DNA of 64,000 bases. Origin: Acidimicrobiales bacterium (GTDB lineage Bacteria; Actinomycetota; Acidimicrobiia; Acidimicrobiales; CATQHL01). Positions 55,809-64,000 of this stretch are shown here, piece by piece. Position numbers and translations under genes: made by a program. Numbering within the stretch: the first letter of the stretch is position 1; every line of letters starts with the position of its first letter. The notes beneath the pieces were generated by a model. The model saw nothing but the letters and a program-made list of their open reading frames with translations. It made no database searches and was not told the origin of the DNA. The stretch covers positions 1,775,451 to 1,839,450 of the forward strand of contig OZ242194.1 of NCBI GenBank assembly GCA_965206165.1, written 5' to 3'.

Positions 55809-57008
55809 TTGCCGCGTAATCGTGTGAGATATAGTCGGCCCGTGCACGGGGCGGACAGCTATGAGGGATCTCTAAAGAACCCGAACAGTGCCGCAGCAGT
55901 CACCGTCGACAACACCAGCCGCGTTCCACTGGCGACCCAGATTTCGCGACAGATCACGTGGCAGGTGGTAACGGGGCGCATAGCGCCGGGAACCCCCCTT
56001 CCCGTCATCGCCGATCTCGCAAAGCAACTCGGTATCAACGTGCACACTGTGCGCGCCGCGTACCGGCAGCTCGCTGACGACGGAATTGTCTCGATGGGCC
56101 GGGGGGCGCGGACTCGGGTCCTCGGTTACGACAGGCGTCGTGCGCTCGGCAGTAACGATTCCCACCCGAGCTTCACCATTGGAGTGCTGGTGTCGGACTT
56201 CAACGTCTACTACAACGAAATTCTCGAACCTCTGACGGCAGCAGCCGAACGCGAGGGATGGCTCCCGGTCTTCTGTCGGACCAAGCAGTTCGCGCCCGAC
56301 ATCCTCTCCCGGGGCATCGACCAACTCTTCAGCCGCAACGTCGACGGACTCATCCTTCTCCCCTTCGAGAGATTCGGAGACAAAGAGGTCATCGATATTC
56401 TGGCGTCGTCGGCGAGGCTACGGCCGTTCGTCCTGGTCGACAGTACCGACATCGGGGTGGGGTCGCGCATACTCGTGGACCATGCCGCAAGTGCCCGCGT
56501 GATGACGACTCATCTCATCGAGCACGGTCACGTCCGTATCGGGCATCTTGGGGGACCGGTGGATCGGTGTTCGACCCTCCCGTTCCGATCCGGCTTCGAG
56601 GAAGCGCTCGCCGCCGCCGGCTTGGCCGGAGAAGACCGGCTGGTTGTTCCTGCGGCGGACTACTCGCTGCAGGCGGGTTCCATGGCTGCGGGACAACTGT
56701 TGCAGCAGGACGACCGTCCCACGGCCATTGTGTGTAACACCGACGTTAGTGCTTTCGGTGTGATCGCAGTCGCTCGAGAGCTGGGCATTCGGGTTCCCGA
56801 AGAACTTGCGGTCATTGGCTACGGCGATATCCCGTTCTCCCGCTACGTCGAGACACCGCTGTCCTCGGTCCGGATTTCGGCGGACGAACTCGGCCGCGAG
56901 GCGGTCCGGACCCTCCGCAGGGCGATCGACGAGGGGAATTCCCAACCCCCCGTCGTCGTTCCCACGACGCTCGTCGCCCGGGAGTCGTGCGGCTGCACAA
57001 CTCGCTAG
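55809..57008 (+). CDS. AraR-like regulator (GntR wHTH N-terminus plus LacI/PBP-type sugar-binding C-terminus)
   Basis: PLPVIADLAKQLGINVHTVRAAYRQLADDGIV (GntR HTH) is followed by a LacI-type core (IGVLVSDF, DGLILLP, AIVCNTDVSAFGVI, AVIGYGD). The start codon is uncertain. Confidence 0.8.
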   Translation: MPRNRVRYSRPVHGADSYEGSLKNPNSAAAVTVDNTSRVPLATQISRQITWQVVTGRIAPGTPLPVIADLAKQLGINVHTVRAAYRQLADDGIVSMGRGARTRVLGYDRRRALGSNDSHPSFTIGVLVSDFNVYYNEILEPLTAAAEREGWLPVFCRTKQFAPDILSRGIDQLFSRNVDGLILLPFERFGDKEVIDILASSARLRPFVLVDSTDIGVGSRILVDHAASARVMTTHLIEHGHVRIGHLGGPVDRCSTLPFRSGFEEALAAAGLAGEDRLVVPAADYSLQAGSMAAGQLLQQDDRPTAIVCNTDVSAFGVIAVARELGIRVPEELAVIGYGDIPFSRYVETPLSSVRISADELGREAVRTLRRAIDEGNSQPPVVVPTTLVARESCGCTTR

Positions 57009-57081
57009 GGCGCCCGTCGCCGGAGCCACGGGACCGGTCTACCGGCCATGTCGGCCGGAGGCGCTGCGGTACCGTGGGCGC

Positions 57082-57375
57082 ATGAGCAACCCCAACGACC
57101 TCCTCGACGACGCCACCGTGGACTCCCGTCTGGGAGAGATTCCCGGCTGGGAGCGGCGCGATAACGCATTGCACCGCGACTTCGAGTTCGCCGACTTCAC
57201 GGCTGCGTTCGGGTTCATGGCGTCGGTCGCCTGTATCGCGGAGCGGCTGTTCCACCACCCCGAGTGGTCGAACGTGTGGAACAGGGTGTCCATCGGCATC
57301 AGCAACCACGCTGCCGGCGGGATCACGGAGAAGGACTTCGACTTCGCCGCTCGCGTCAACAGGCTCGCCGGCTGA
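57082..57375 (+). CDS. Pterin-4-alpha-carbinolamine dehydratase
   Basis: 97 aa. GW...L.R.F.F.DF..A..F and HHPEW.N.WN.V. Confidence 0.85.
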   Translation: MSNPNDLLDDATVDSRLGEIPGWERRDNALHRDFEFADFTAAFGFMASVACIAERLFHHPEWSNVWNRVSIGISNHAAGGITEKDFDFAARVNRLAG

Positions 57376-57451
57376 CCGCAAGCCCGGCGCCGCGAGCCGC
57401 GCCGTAGCGAGTCCGCCGGCGCCCGCGTCCGAGCGGTCGCAACCCGGCGAC

Positions 57452-58411
57452 TCAGACGGCGACGACGGCGTCCATCCAGTCGGCGACGAATGCCGGGCCG
57501 TCGGCGGCCGTGCAAACGCGCATGTTGGGTTGGCGTTCGGGGTGGTCGATGGTGCGAAGGATCTGCCCCTCGTACTCGACCGTGATGCTGGCGTCGCGCA
57601 GGGTGGTGTGGGTGCCGCCGAGAGCGGAGTGCACGGCGAGCGGATCGTGCAGGTAGGTGCGCTCGTCGAAGTTGGAGCCGTCGAGGCCGTATTTCGCGGC
57701 GAAGCGCAGGAATGGCTCGCGCATCTCGGCGATGAGCCGGGTCAGCTTCTGGGAGACCGGGCCACCGTCGCGGGCGAGGCGCTCGCGGTCGGCTCGGTCG
57801 AGGTACACCTGCAAGGTGACCTCCAGCGGCACGAGCGTGATGTCCAGCGGCGACCCCAGCACGATGGCGGCCGCAAGCGGGTCGGAGTTGAGGTTCGTCT
57901 CGAACGTCGCCGGCCAGGCGACCATGTGTCGCTCGACGATCCCTCCCATGATCGTCACCGGACCCAGGGCCTCCGCCAGCCCTGGCTCCATCTGCAGCGC
58001 CAGGGCGAGATTGGTGACCGGCCCGACGGTGATCAAGGCCAGTGGATCCCGGGCGCGCTCGGCGGCGCCGAGGATGAACCGCGCCGCGTCGTGACGGGTC
58101 GGCTCATCATCGGGCACCTGCCGCTCGGCGTCCGTCAGCACGCCGGCCCCTTCGTGGCCCCACATCTCGTTCCAGTGGAAGCCGTCGACGCTGCTGCGCC
58201 GCAGCGGCGCCGACCGTCCCGCCACGACCGGCACGTGTCGCTTGTCGGAGTCCTCTAACAGTGATCTCGCGATGGCGGCGCGCAACGGCGCATGACCTTG
58301 GACGGTGGTCACCCCTACCAGGTCTACGTCCGGTTGAGCGATGAGGAGCGCGAGTGCCAGCGCATCATCCACATCGGTGCCGATATCGGTGTCGAAGAGC
58401 AGTTGGGTCAT
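57452..58411 (-). CDS. Nucleoside hydrolase (IUNH family)
   Basis: The ATG at 58411 follows GGAAGGA. The N-terminal motif is LLFDTDIGTDVDDALAL. Confidence 0.88.
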   Translation of the reverse strand: MTQLLFDTDIGTDVDDALALALLIAQPDVDLVGVTTVQGHAPLRAAIARSLLEDSDKRHVPVVAGRSAPLRRSSVDGFHWNEMWGHEGAGVLTDAERQVPDDEPTRHDAARFILGAAERARDPLALITVGPVTNLALALQMEPGLAEALGPVTIMGGIVERHMVAWPATFETNLNSDPLAAAIVLGSPLDITLVPLEVTLQVYLDRADRERLARDGGPVSQKLTRLIAEMREPFLRFAAKYGLDGSNFDERTYLHDPLAVHSALGGTHTTLRDASITVEYEGQILRTIDHPERQPNMRVCTAADGPAFVADWMDAVVAV

Positions 58412-58577
58412 GGCGTCGCATCCTTCCACGATGTGTCGCGTGCTGAGGTGGGCTCGGGTCTCCGGCCGGACCGGCCAGGCAGCCTCGTCGAAGCTGCGGC
58501 GACGGCGCGCCGGGTGGCCGTGAGGCGGCCGCCGCACGGGTTGGGTGGCCGGAACTCGCGCCGGATCCCGAAGCTGA

Positions 58578-59420
58578 TCATCCCTTGATCGCCGAGCCCA
58601 CGACCGACTCGGTGAAGGTGCGCTGGAACGCCAGCAGGATGATCGCCGGGACCAGGCAGAGCACCGCGGCGCCGGCGAAGAGCATCCCCCAGTCCACCCC
58701 GTACTGCCCGAACAGCCTGGCGAGCGCCACGGAACCGACGTCCATCGCCGGGTCGGTGGTGAGCAGCAGTGGCAGCAGGTAGGCCTGCCACTGGAAGACG
58801 AAGATGATGATGCCGGCGCCCACCATGGCCGGCCCGGTCAGCGGCACGTAGACGTGCCAGAACACGCGCCACGCGCCGGCGCCGTCGATGGAGGCGGCCT
58901 CTGCGAGTTCGCGGGGGATGTCGAGGTAGAACTGGCGCAGCAGGAAGATCGCCAGACCGTTCCCCAGACCCGGCAGGATCAGGCCGATGTAGCTGTTGTC
59001 CAGTCCCACGCTCCGGGCGGTGTCGGCCAAGGGGATGGCGAGAGCCTCGAACGGCACCATGAAGGCCAGCACGACCAGGGCGAAGACGAGCCCGCGACCG
59101 CGAAAGCGGAACACCGTGAGCGCGTACGCCGCCATGGCGGACATCAGCACACCCAGGACGACCGTCGCTCCCGCCACGATCAGGGAGTTGCCGATGGCGC
59201 GTCCCAGCGTGCCGCCGGCGATCTCGGCGAGGTTGTCCGCGGTGACCGCGTCAGGGATGAACGTGCGCCAGGTCAGGGTTCTGAACGAGCGGAAGACATC
59301 GTCGCTCGGGCGCAGACCGGCGGCGACGGTCCAGGCGAGCGGAGCCAGCCACAGGATCGAGACGACAGGGACCAGTACGACCAACGGGATCCGGCCCCAG
59401 CGAGGCAGATCACGACCCAT
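58578..59420 (-). CDS. Carbohydrate ABC transporter permease
   Basis: Six TM helices and an EAA-type loop (EAASIDGAGAWRVFWHVYVPL). Confidence 0.88.
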   Translation of the reverse strand: MGRDLPRWGRIPLVVLVPVVSILWLAPLAWTVAAGLRPSDDVFRSFRTLTWRTFIPDAVTADNLAEIAGGTLGRAIGNSLIVAGATVVLGVLMSAMAAYALTVFRFRGRGLVFALVVLAFMVPFEALAIPLADTARSVGLDNSYIGLILPGLGNGLAIFLLRQFYLDIPRELAEAASIDGAGAWRVFWHVYVPLTGPAMVGAGIIIFVFQWQAYLLPLLLTTDPAMDVGSVALARLFGQYGVDWGMLFAGAAVLCLVPAIILLAFQRTFTESVVGSAIKG

Positions 59421-60315
59421 GACGGACCTGTTCCCTCCGACCGCTCATCAACCGGAACTGCACGGCCACGATGGCGGCCACCAGCGCGACGAGGACGGTG
59501 ATCTGGGCGAAGGCCGGGCCGGGATTGTTGAACACGAAGGCCTGGGTGTACGCCTCGTACATGACGAGGTTCGTGCTGCCGGCGGGGCCGCCGCGGGTGA
59601 GGATCTGCACGGGTACGAAGAGCAGGAAGTTCGCAACGGTGGCGGCCACCAGCACGAAGCTCAACTGGCGGCGGATCATCGGGGTGACGATCGTCACCAG
59701 GCGCCGCCACCAGCCGGCGCCGTCGATTGCGGCGGCCTCGAGCAACTCGGTCGGGACGTTCTTGATGCCGGCGATGAGGAACATCATCCAGTAGCCGACC
59801 CCGATCCACGAGGCGATGACCATGATCACATAGAGGGCCTGGCCGGGCGATGTGAGGAAGGGCTGGTCGGGCAGCCCCACGATTCCCAGCAGGCTGTTGA
59901 CGATCCCGTCGCCGGGGCGGAACCACACGCCCCACACGACCGTCGACACTGCCGGCGGCACCGCCATCGGCAGGAAGATCAGCGTGCGCCACAAGCCGAC
60001 GGCGGGCAGGCGTTGCGAGAGCACGACCGCCAGGGCGAAGGAGACCAGGACCTGCGCGGGATTGATGATGGCGTTGAAGGTGATCGTCGTCACGACGGCG
60101 TCCTGGAACGTGGACGACGCCAACTCGGCGTAGTTGGCGAGGCTCCACGCCCCGCCGTCGCGGAGGCTGCTGAGGAGCGTGTCGACCGCCGGGGCGATGC
60201 GAGTCAGGATCAGCGTGACGAGGGCAGGCGCCAGGAAGACCATGGCGACGGCGCCGCGCCGGTCATGGCGACGGCGCCGCGCGAGCGCCGCCGCCCGCGC
60301 ACCCGGCTGGGTCAT
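59410..60315 (-). CDS. Carbohydrate ABC transporter permease
   Basis: The EAA loop is EAAAIDGAGWWRRLVTIVTPM. It overlaps the downstream permease by 11 nt. Confidence 0.88.
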   Translation of the reverse strand: MTQPGARAAALARRRRHDRRGAVAMVFLAPALVTLILTRIAPAVDTLLSSLRDGGAWSLANYAELASSTFQDAVVTTITFNAIINPAQVLVSFALAVVLSQRLPAVGLWRTLIFLPMAVPPAVSTVVWGVWFRPGDGIVNSLLGIVGLPDQPFLTSPGQALYVIMVIASWIGVGYWMMFLIAGIKNVPTELLEAAAIDGAGWWRRLVTIVTPMIRRQLSFVLVAATVANFLLFVPVQILTRGGPAGSTNLVMYEAYTQAFVFNNPGPAFAQITVLVALVAAIVAVQFRLMSGRREQVRHGS

Positions 60316-60482
60316 CGGTCCCGGGTAGACCGCTGAGTAGTGCTGCGAACCGGCTCTCTCGTCATTCGGGCGAAGAGCCTGTCCCGGACTAGATCCGGGA
60401 CAGGAATCCAGTCTCCAGCGGACTGGCCTGCGGTTCCAACGGACTACTCAGCACGCTCCCGATTCTTCGCAAGTTGGGGTTA

Positions 60483-61784
60483 TCAGCCGCTCGGGAGTTG
60501 AGCTTCCAGTTCGGACTGGGCACGGTCGAGGGTCTCACGCACGTCGAGGCCGTTGCGGATGTCCTCGAAGGCGCGGCCCATGATCTCCTCGAACTGGATG
60601 TAGCCGGTGCTGCGCGGCCGCACGACGGAGGTGTTGGCGAGTTCGTACTCCACGAGTTGACCGCCCGTCGTGCCGCCCTCGCCCGTGTTCCACGGCGGGG
60701 AGGCGATGAAGGCCGGCAGCGCACCGGTAAGTGCCGGCGGGGCGACGTCGACGGTCAGGAAGATGTCCGTGCCCACCGGCGAGGTGGTAACCCACTTGGC
60801 GAAGGTGGTCGCCGCCTCGGTGTTCGGGCTGTTGGGGTTCACGCCGAGCGACAGAGCGCCCGTCGGCGTGGCCGCCGGGTAGCCCTCGAAGTACGGGTGC
60901 GGCGCGAAGCCGAGATCGAAGTCGAGCGGAGCGAAGAGTTCCCAGATGCCGCCCCAGTGGGTCCCGCCGAGGTAGAAGGCGATATCGCCCGCCGCGAAGG
61001 CGGCGGGAGTCTCTTCCGGTGGCATGCCGCGCGGTGCGACGCCGTCGTCGGCGAAGAGGCTTGCGTAGAACTCCATCGCCTGGATCCAGCCGTCGTTGAC
61101 GAGTGCCGGCTGCAGGTTGCCGGGGCCGGTCAGCCCGGAACCCCCGCCGAGCGACTCCATCAGCGGCTGTAGTTGGTAGTAGCGGCTCACCTGGTCGAAC
61201 TGGAAGCCGTAGGTGGCGCCACCCTCCTGGGCTTGGCGCGCCAGGTCGATCAGCTCGTCCCAGGTCATGCGGGCGTCGGGCGATGTCGAGGGATAGGCAA
61301 TCCCCGCCTGGTCCAGCAGCGACTTGTTGTAGTAGAGGATCTGGGTCGACGTGTTCAGCGGCAGCGCCATCAGGTTGCCGTCGACGGTCGATGCTGTCAG
61401 CGCCGTGTCCACCCAGTCGTTCTTGGCATCACCGACAGCATCGGAGACGTCGTGCAGGAACCCCTGCGAGTCCAGCGCCGCCACCCGCGGCTGGTCCGCG
61501 ATGTAGACGTCGGGGCTCTCCCCACCGCCCGACAGGCGGCTCTGGATGACCTGGTTCAACTCGCCGAAGGGCACGGACTCGTACTCCACGACGATGTCCG
61601 GGTTCTCCTCCTGGAACGCCTCGATAAGCGGCGCGACGCCGTCGGGGCCGTAGAACCCCAGGAACGAGATCGTCACCGGATCGTCGTCGCCGCACGACGA
61701 CAGGCTCACCGCCAGCAACGCCATGGCGCAGACAGCCGCCCCAATCGCACGCCGACGGAACGCAGAAGTCCTTGATCTTCTCAT
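60483..61784 (-). CDS. ABC transporter extracellular solute-binding lipoprotein
   Basis: The ATG at 61784 follows GGGGGAAG. A lipobox-like signal is present (LAVSLSSCGDD). The pattern is that of family-1 sugar-binding proteins. Confidence 0.85.
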   Translation of the reverse strand: MRRSRTSAFRRRAIGAAVCAMALLAVSLSSCGDDDPVTISFLGFYGPDGVAPLIEAFQEENPDIVVEYESVPFGELNQVIQSRLSGGGESPDVYIADQPRVAALDSQGFLHDVSDAVGDAKNDWVDTALTASTVDGNLMALPLNTSTQILYYNKSLLDQAGIAYPSTSPDARMTWDELIDLARQAQEGGATYGFQFDQVSRYYQLQPLMESLGGGSGLTGPGNLQPALVNDGWIQAMEFYASLFADDGVAPRGMPPEETPAAFAAGDIAFYLGGTHWGGIWELFAPLDFDLGFAPHPYFEGYPAATPTGALSLGVNPNSPNTEAATTFAKWVTTSPVGTDIFLTVDVAPPALTGALPAFIASPPWNTGEGGTTGGQLVEYELANTSVVRPRSTGYIQFEEIMGRAFEDIRNGLDVRETLDRAQSELEAQLPSG

Positions 61785-61846
61785 TGCTTCCCCCACAAGA
61801 GTTGGTCGAAGATGACTGTCTAGCATCCCGAAGCGGGCGGCGTCGC

Positions 61847-62284
61847 CTAGTTGCGCAGGCTCTCGGCCAGGGTGTTCCAGCAGAGGGTGGCGCACTTGAT
61901 GCGCACGGGGAACTTCACGACGCCCCTCAGGGCTTCGAGATCGCCGAGGTCGGCCGGCGAGGCGACCTCGCCGCCGTCGGTGACGATCGACATCATGGCC
62001 TTGAACGACCGCTCCAGCTTCTCGACGTCGGTGAGGCTGCGGCCCTTCACTGCAACCGACATCATCGAGGCGGTGGACTGGCTGATGGAGCAGCCCTGGC
62101 CACCGAAGCGCACGTCGCGGACAACACCATCCGCCACGTCGGTGTAGACCACCATCTCGTCGCCGCACAGCGGGTTGAATCCTTCGGCCCGGCTGGCGGG
62201 CGGGCAGGGCAATTCACCCCGATTGCGGGGGCTGCGGTAATGATCAAGGACGATTTCTCGGTAGAGGTCTTCGAGGCCGGGCAT
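61847..62284 (-). CDS. sufU: SufU/IscU-like Fe-S scaffold / sulfur acceptor
   Basis: NPLCGD, GQGCSIS and IKCATL. The ATG at 62284 is consistent with the ORF frame. Confidence 0.9.
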   Translation of the reverse strand: MPGLEDLYREIVLDHYRSPRNRGELPCPPASRAEGFNPLCGDEMVVYTDVADGVVRDVRFGGQGCSISQSTASMMSVAVKGRSLTDVEKLERSFKAMMSIVTDGGEVASPADLGDLEALRGVVKFPVRIKCATLCWNTLAESLRN

Positions 62285-62298
62285 GGTGGTCTCGAAGG

Positions 62299-63537
62299 CT
62301 ATTGCGGGCCGAACAGATCGCCCACGCGATCCAGCGCCTCGGCCAGGTGGTCGATGTCGGACTCGTCGTTGTAGATGTACACCGAGGCCCGCGCCGTGGC
62401 GACCACTCCCATGCAGCGCATCAGGGGCTTGGCGCAGTGGTGGCCGGCGCGCACGCAAACGGCCTGCTCGTCCAGTACCTGCGAGATGTCGTGTGCGTGG
62501 ACGTCGCCGTAGGCGAACGACAGGACTCCGCCGCGGGCGGCCGGCTCGGGCGGCCCGTGAATGGTGAGGCGCTCGCCGTGGTGCTCGGTGAGTGTGCGCA
62601 GGGCGTAGGCCGTCAGCGACACATCATGGCGCCGCACCGCGTCCATGCCGATAGCGCTGAGATAGTCGACGGCGGCACCCAGCCCAACCACCTCGGCGAT
62701 GGCCGGCGTGCCCGCCTCGAATTTCCAGGGCAGTTCGTTGGGCAGGAACCCCTCGGTGGTGACGTTGAGGATCATCTCGCCGCCGCCGAGGAACGGCGGC
62801 ATGGCCTCCAGCAGATCCTCACGGCCCCACAGCACGCCGATGCCGGTGGGCCCGCACATCTTGTGGCCCGAGAACGCCAGGAAATCACAACCCAGCTCGG
62901 TCACGTCGGTGGGCACGTGGGGCACGTATTGGGCGCCGTCCACGAGCACCAGCGCACCCCGTTCGTGGGCGGCGTCGGCGATGCGGCGCACCGGGGGGAT
63001 TGTGCCGAGCACATTGGACATGGCAGTGAGCGCCACCAGCCGCACGCCGTCGAGCAGCCGGTCGAGGTCGCGCAAGTCGAGTCGGCCGTCGTCGTCGAGG
63101 GGCAGCCAGCGCAGCTCCACGCCCCGCTCGGCGGCCAGCATGTGCCACGGGACGATGTTGGCGTGGTGCTCCATGTGCGTGAGCAGCACGGCGTCGCCGC
63201 TGTCGAGGTTGGTGCGTCCCCAGCTGTGGGCCACCAGGTTCACGGCCTCGGTGGCGTTGCGAGTGAAGATCACCTCACGCGGCGACGAGGCGCCGATGAA
63301 GCGCTGCACTTTCGCTCTGGCCTCTTCCATCTGCTGCGTGGCGATGTCGGCGATGTGGTAGGCGCCGCGGTGCACGTTGGCGTTCACGGTGCGGTAATAG
63401 GCGTCCATGGCGTCCAGCACCGTGGCGGGCTTCTGCGAGGTGGCGGCCGAATCCAGGTAGACGATCGGCTTGCCGTACACCTCTCGACCGAGGAGGGGGA
63501 AGTCGGCCTTGGTGGCGGTGGCGAGGTTGCTCATCAC
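62299..63537 (-). CDS. sufS: Cysteine desulfurase SufS
   Basis: 412 aa. HHANIVPW, the PLP lysine motif FSGHKMCGPTGIG, and the active-site RAGHHCA. Confidence 0.93.
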   Translation of the reverse strand: MMSNLATATKADFPLLGREVYGKPIVYLDSAATSQKPATVLDAMDAYYRTVNANVHRGAYHIADIATQQMEEARAKVQRFIGASSPREVIFTRNATEAVNLVAHSWGRTNLDSGDAVLLTHMEHHANIVPWHMLAAERGVELRWLPLDDDGRLDLRDLDRLLDGVRLVALTAMSNVLGTIPPVRRIADAAHERGALVLVDGAQYVPHVPTDVTELGCDFLAFSGHKMCGPTGIGVLWGREDLLEAMPPFLGGGEMILNVTTEGFLPNELPWKFEAGTPAIAEVVGLGAAVDYLSAIGMDAVRRHDVSLTAYALRTLTEHHGERLTIHGPPEPAARGGVLSFAYGDVHAHDISQVLDEQAVCVRAGHHCAKPLMRCMGVVATARASVYIYNDESDIDHLAEALDRVGDLFGPQ

Positions 63538-63549
63538 AGTCGTTCCCGC

Positions 63550-63999
<450 letters not shown>

Positions 64000-64000
64000 C

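Overview
High-GC (actinobacterial-type) chromosomal segment with dense coding on both strands. No rRNA, tRNA or CRISPR array was recognised. All calls below rest on reading the supplied ORF translations and the DNA by eye, because no searches could be run. Start codons are therefore approximate unless I say that an SD or an overlap was checked.

Left part (1-31.2 kb) is housekeeping:
- secD (cut by the window edge), secF, apt and relA.
- An lpdA / E2 acyltransferase cluster followed by lipB and lipA fused in one frame. This synteny, with pepA and a downstream membrane protein, resembles the mycobacterial pepB-dlaT-lipB-lipA region.
- A LysR regulator, ino1, pepA, a Sir2 deacetylase and a MoeZ-like E1 enzyme with an N-terminal rhodanese domain.
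- A 1209-aa SpoIID plus 7x FN3 anchored protein, gmd, fxsA and a MetE-like methyltransferase.

Middle part (about 31.3-46.1 kb) is an accessory, mobile-element-scarred island lying between the metE-like gene and accA/birA:
- A RecQ-like helicase fused to a ComF/PRTase-like domain, translationally coupled to a DprA-like gene. This is the most interesting candidate system.
- A three-Cys Gp37/Gp68 (DUF5131) gene whose TcmP partner survives only as two non-contiguous, non-identical fragments.
- Between those fragments sit two related IS30-family copies (one truncated, one frameshifted), an IS110 fragment, a CobW-GTPase remnant and a visibly AT-richer foreign gene for a hyper-acidic repeat protein.
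- A DUF6338-like membrane protein, an internally duplicated small ORF, RelE/Phd and VapBC toxin-antitoxin pairs and a VapB-like orphan.
- A third IS30 end remnant, a macro-domain protein with an unknown N-terminal domain (plus a fragment of a paralog) and a TlpA-like redoxin.

Right part (46.1-64 kb):
- accA and birA.
- A suf cluster: sufB, a small Cys-rich ORF, sufD, a Rieske protein and sufC.
- An AraR-like regulator, a sugar/nucleoside ABC importer and a nucleoside hydrolase.
- A second, inverted sufC-sufS-sufU cluster running off the window.
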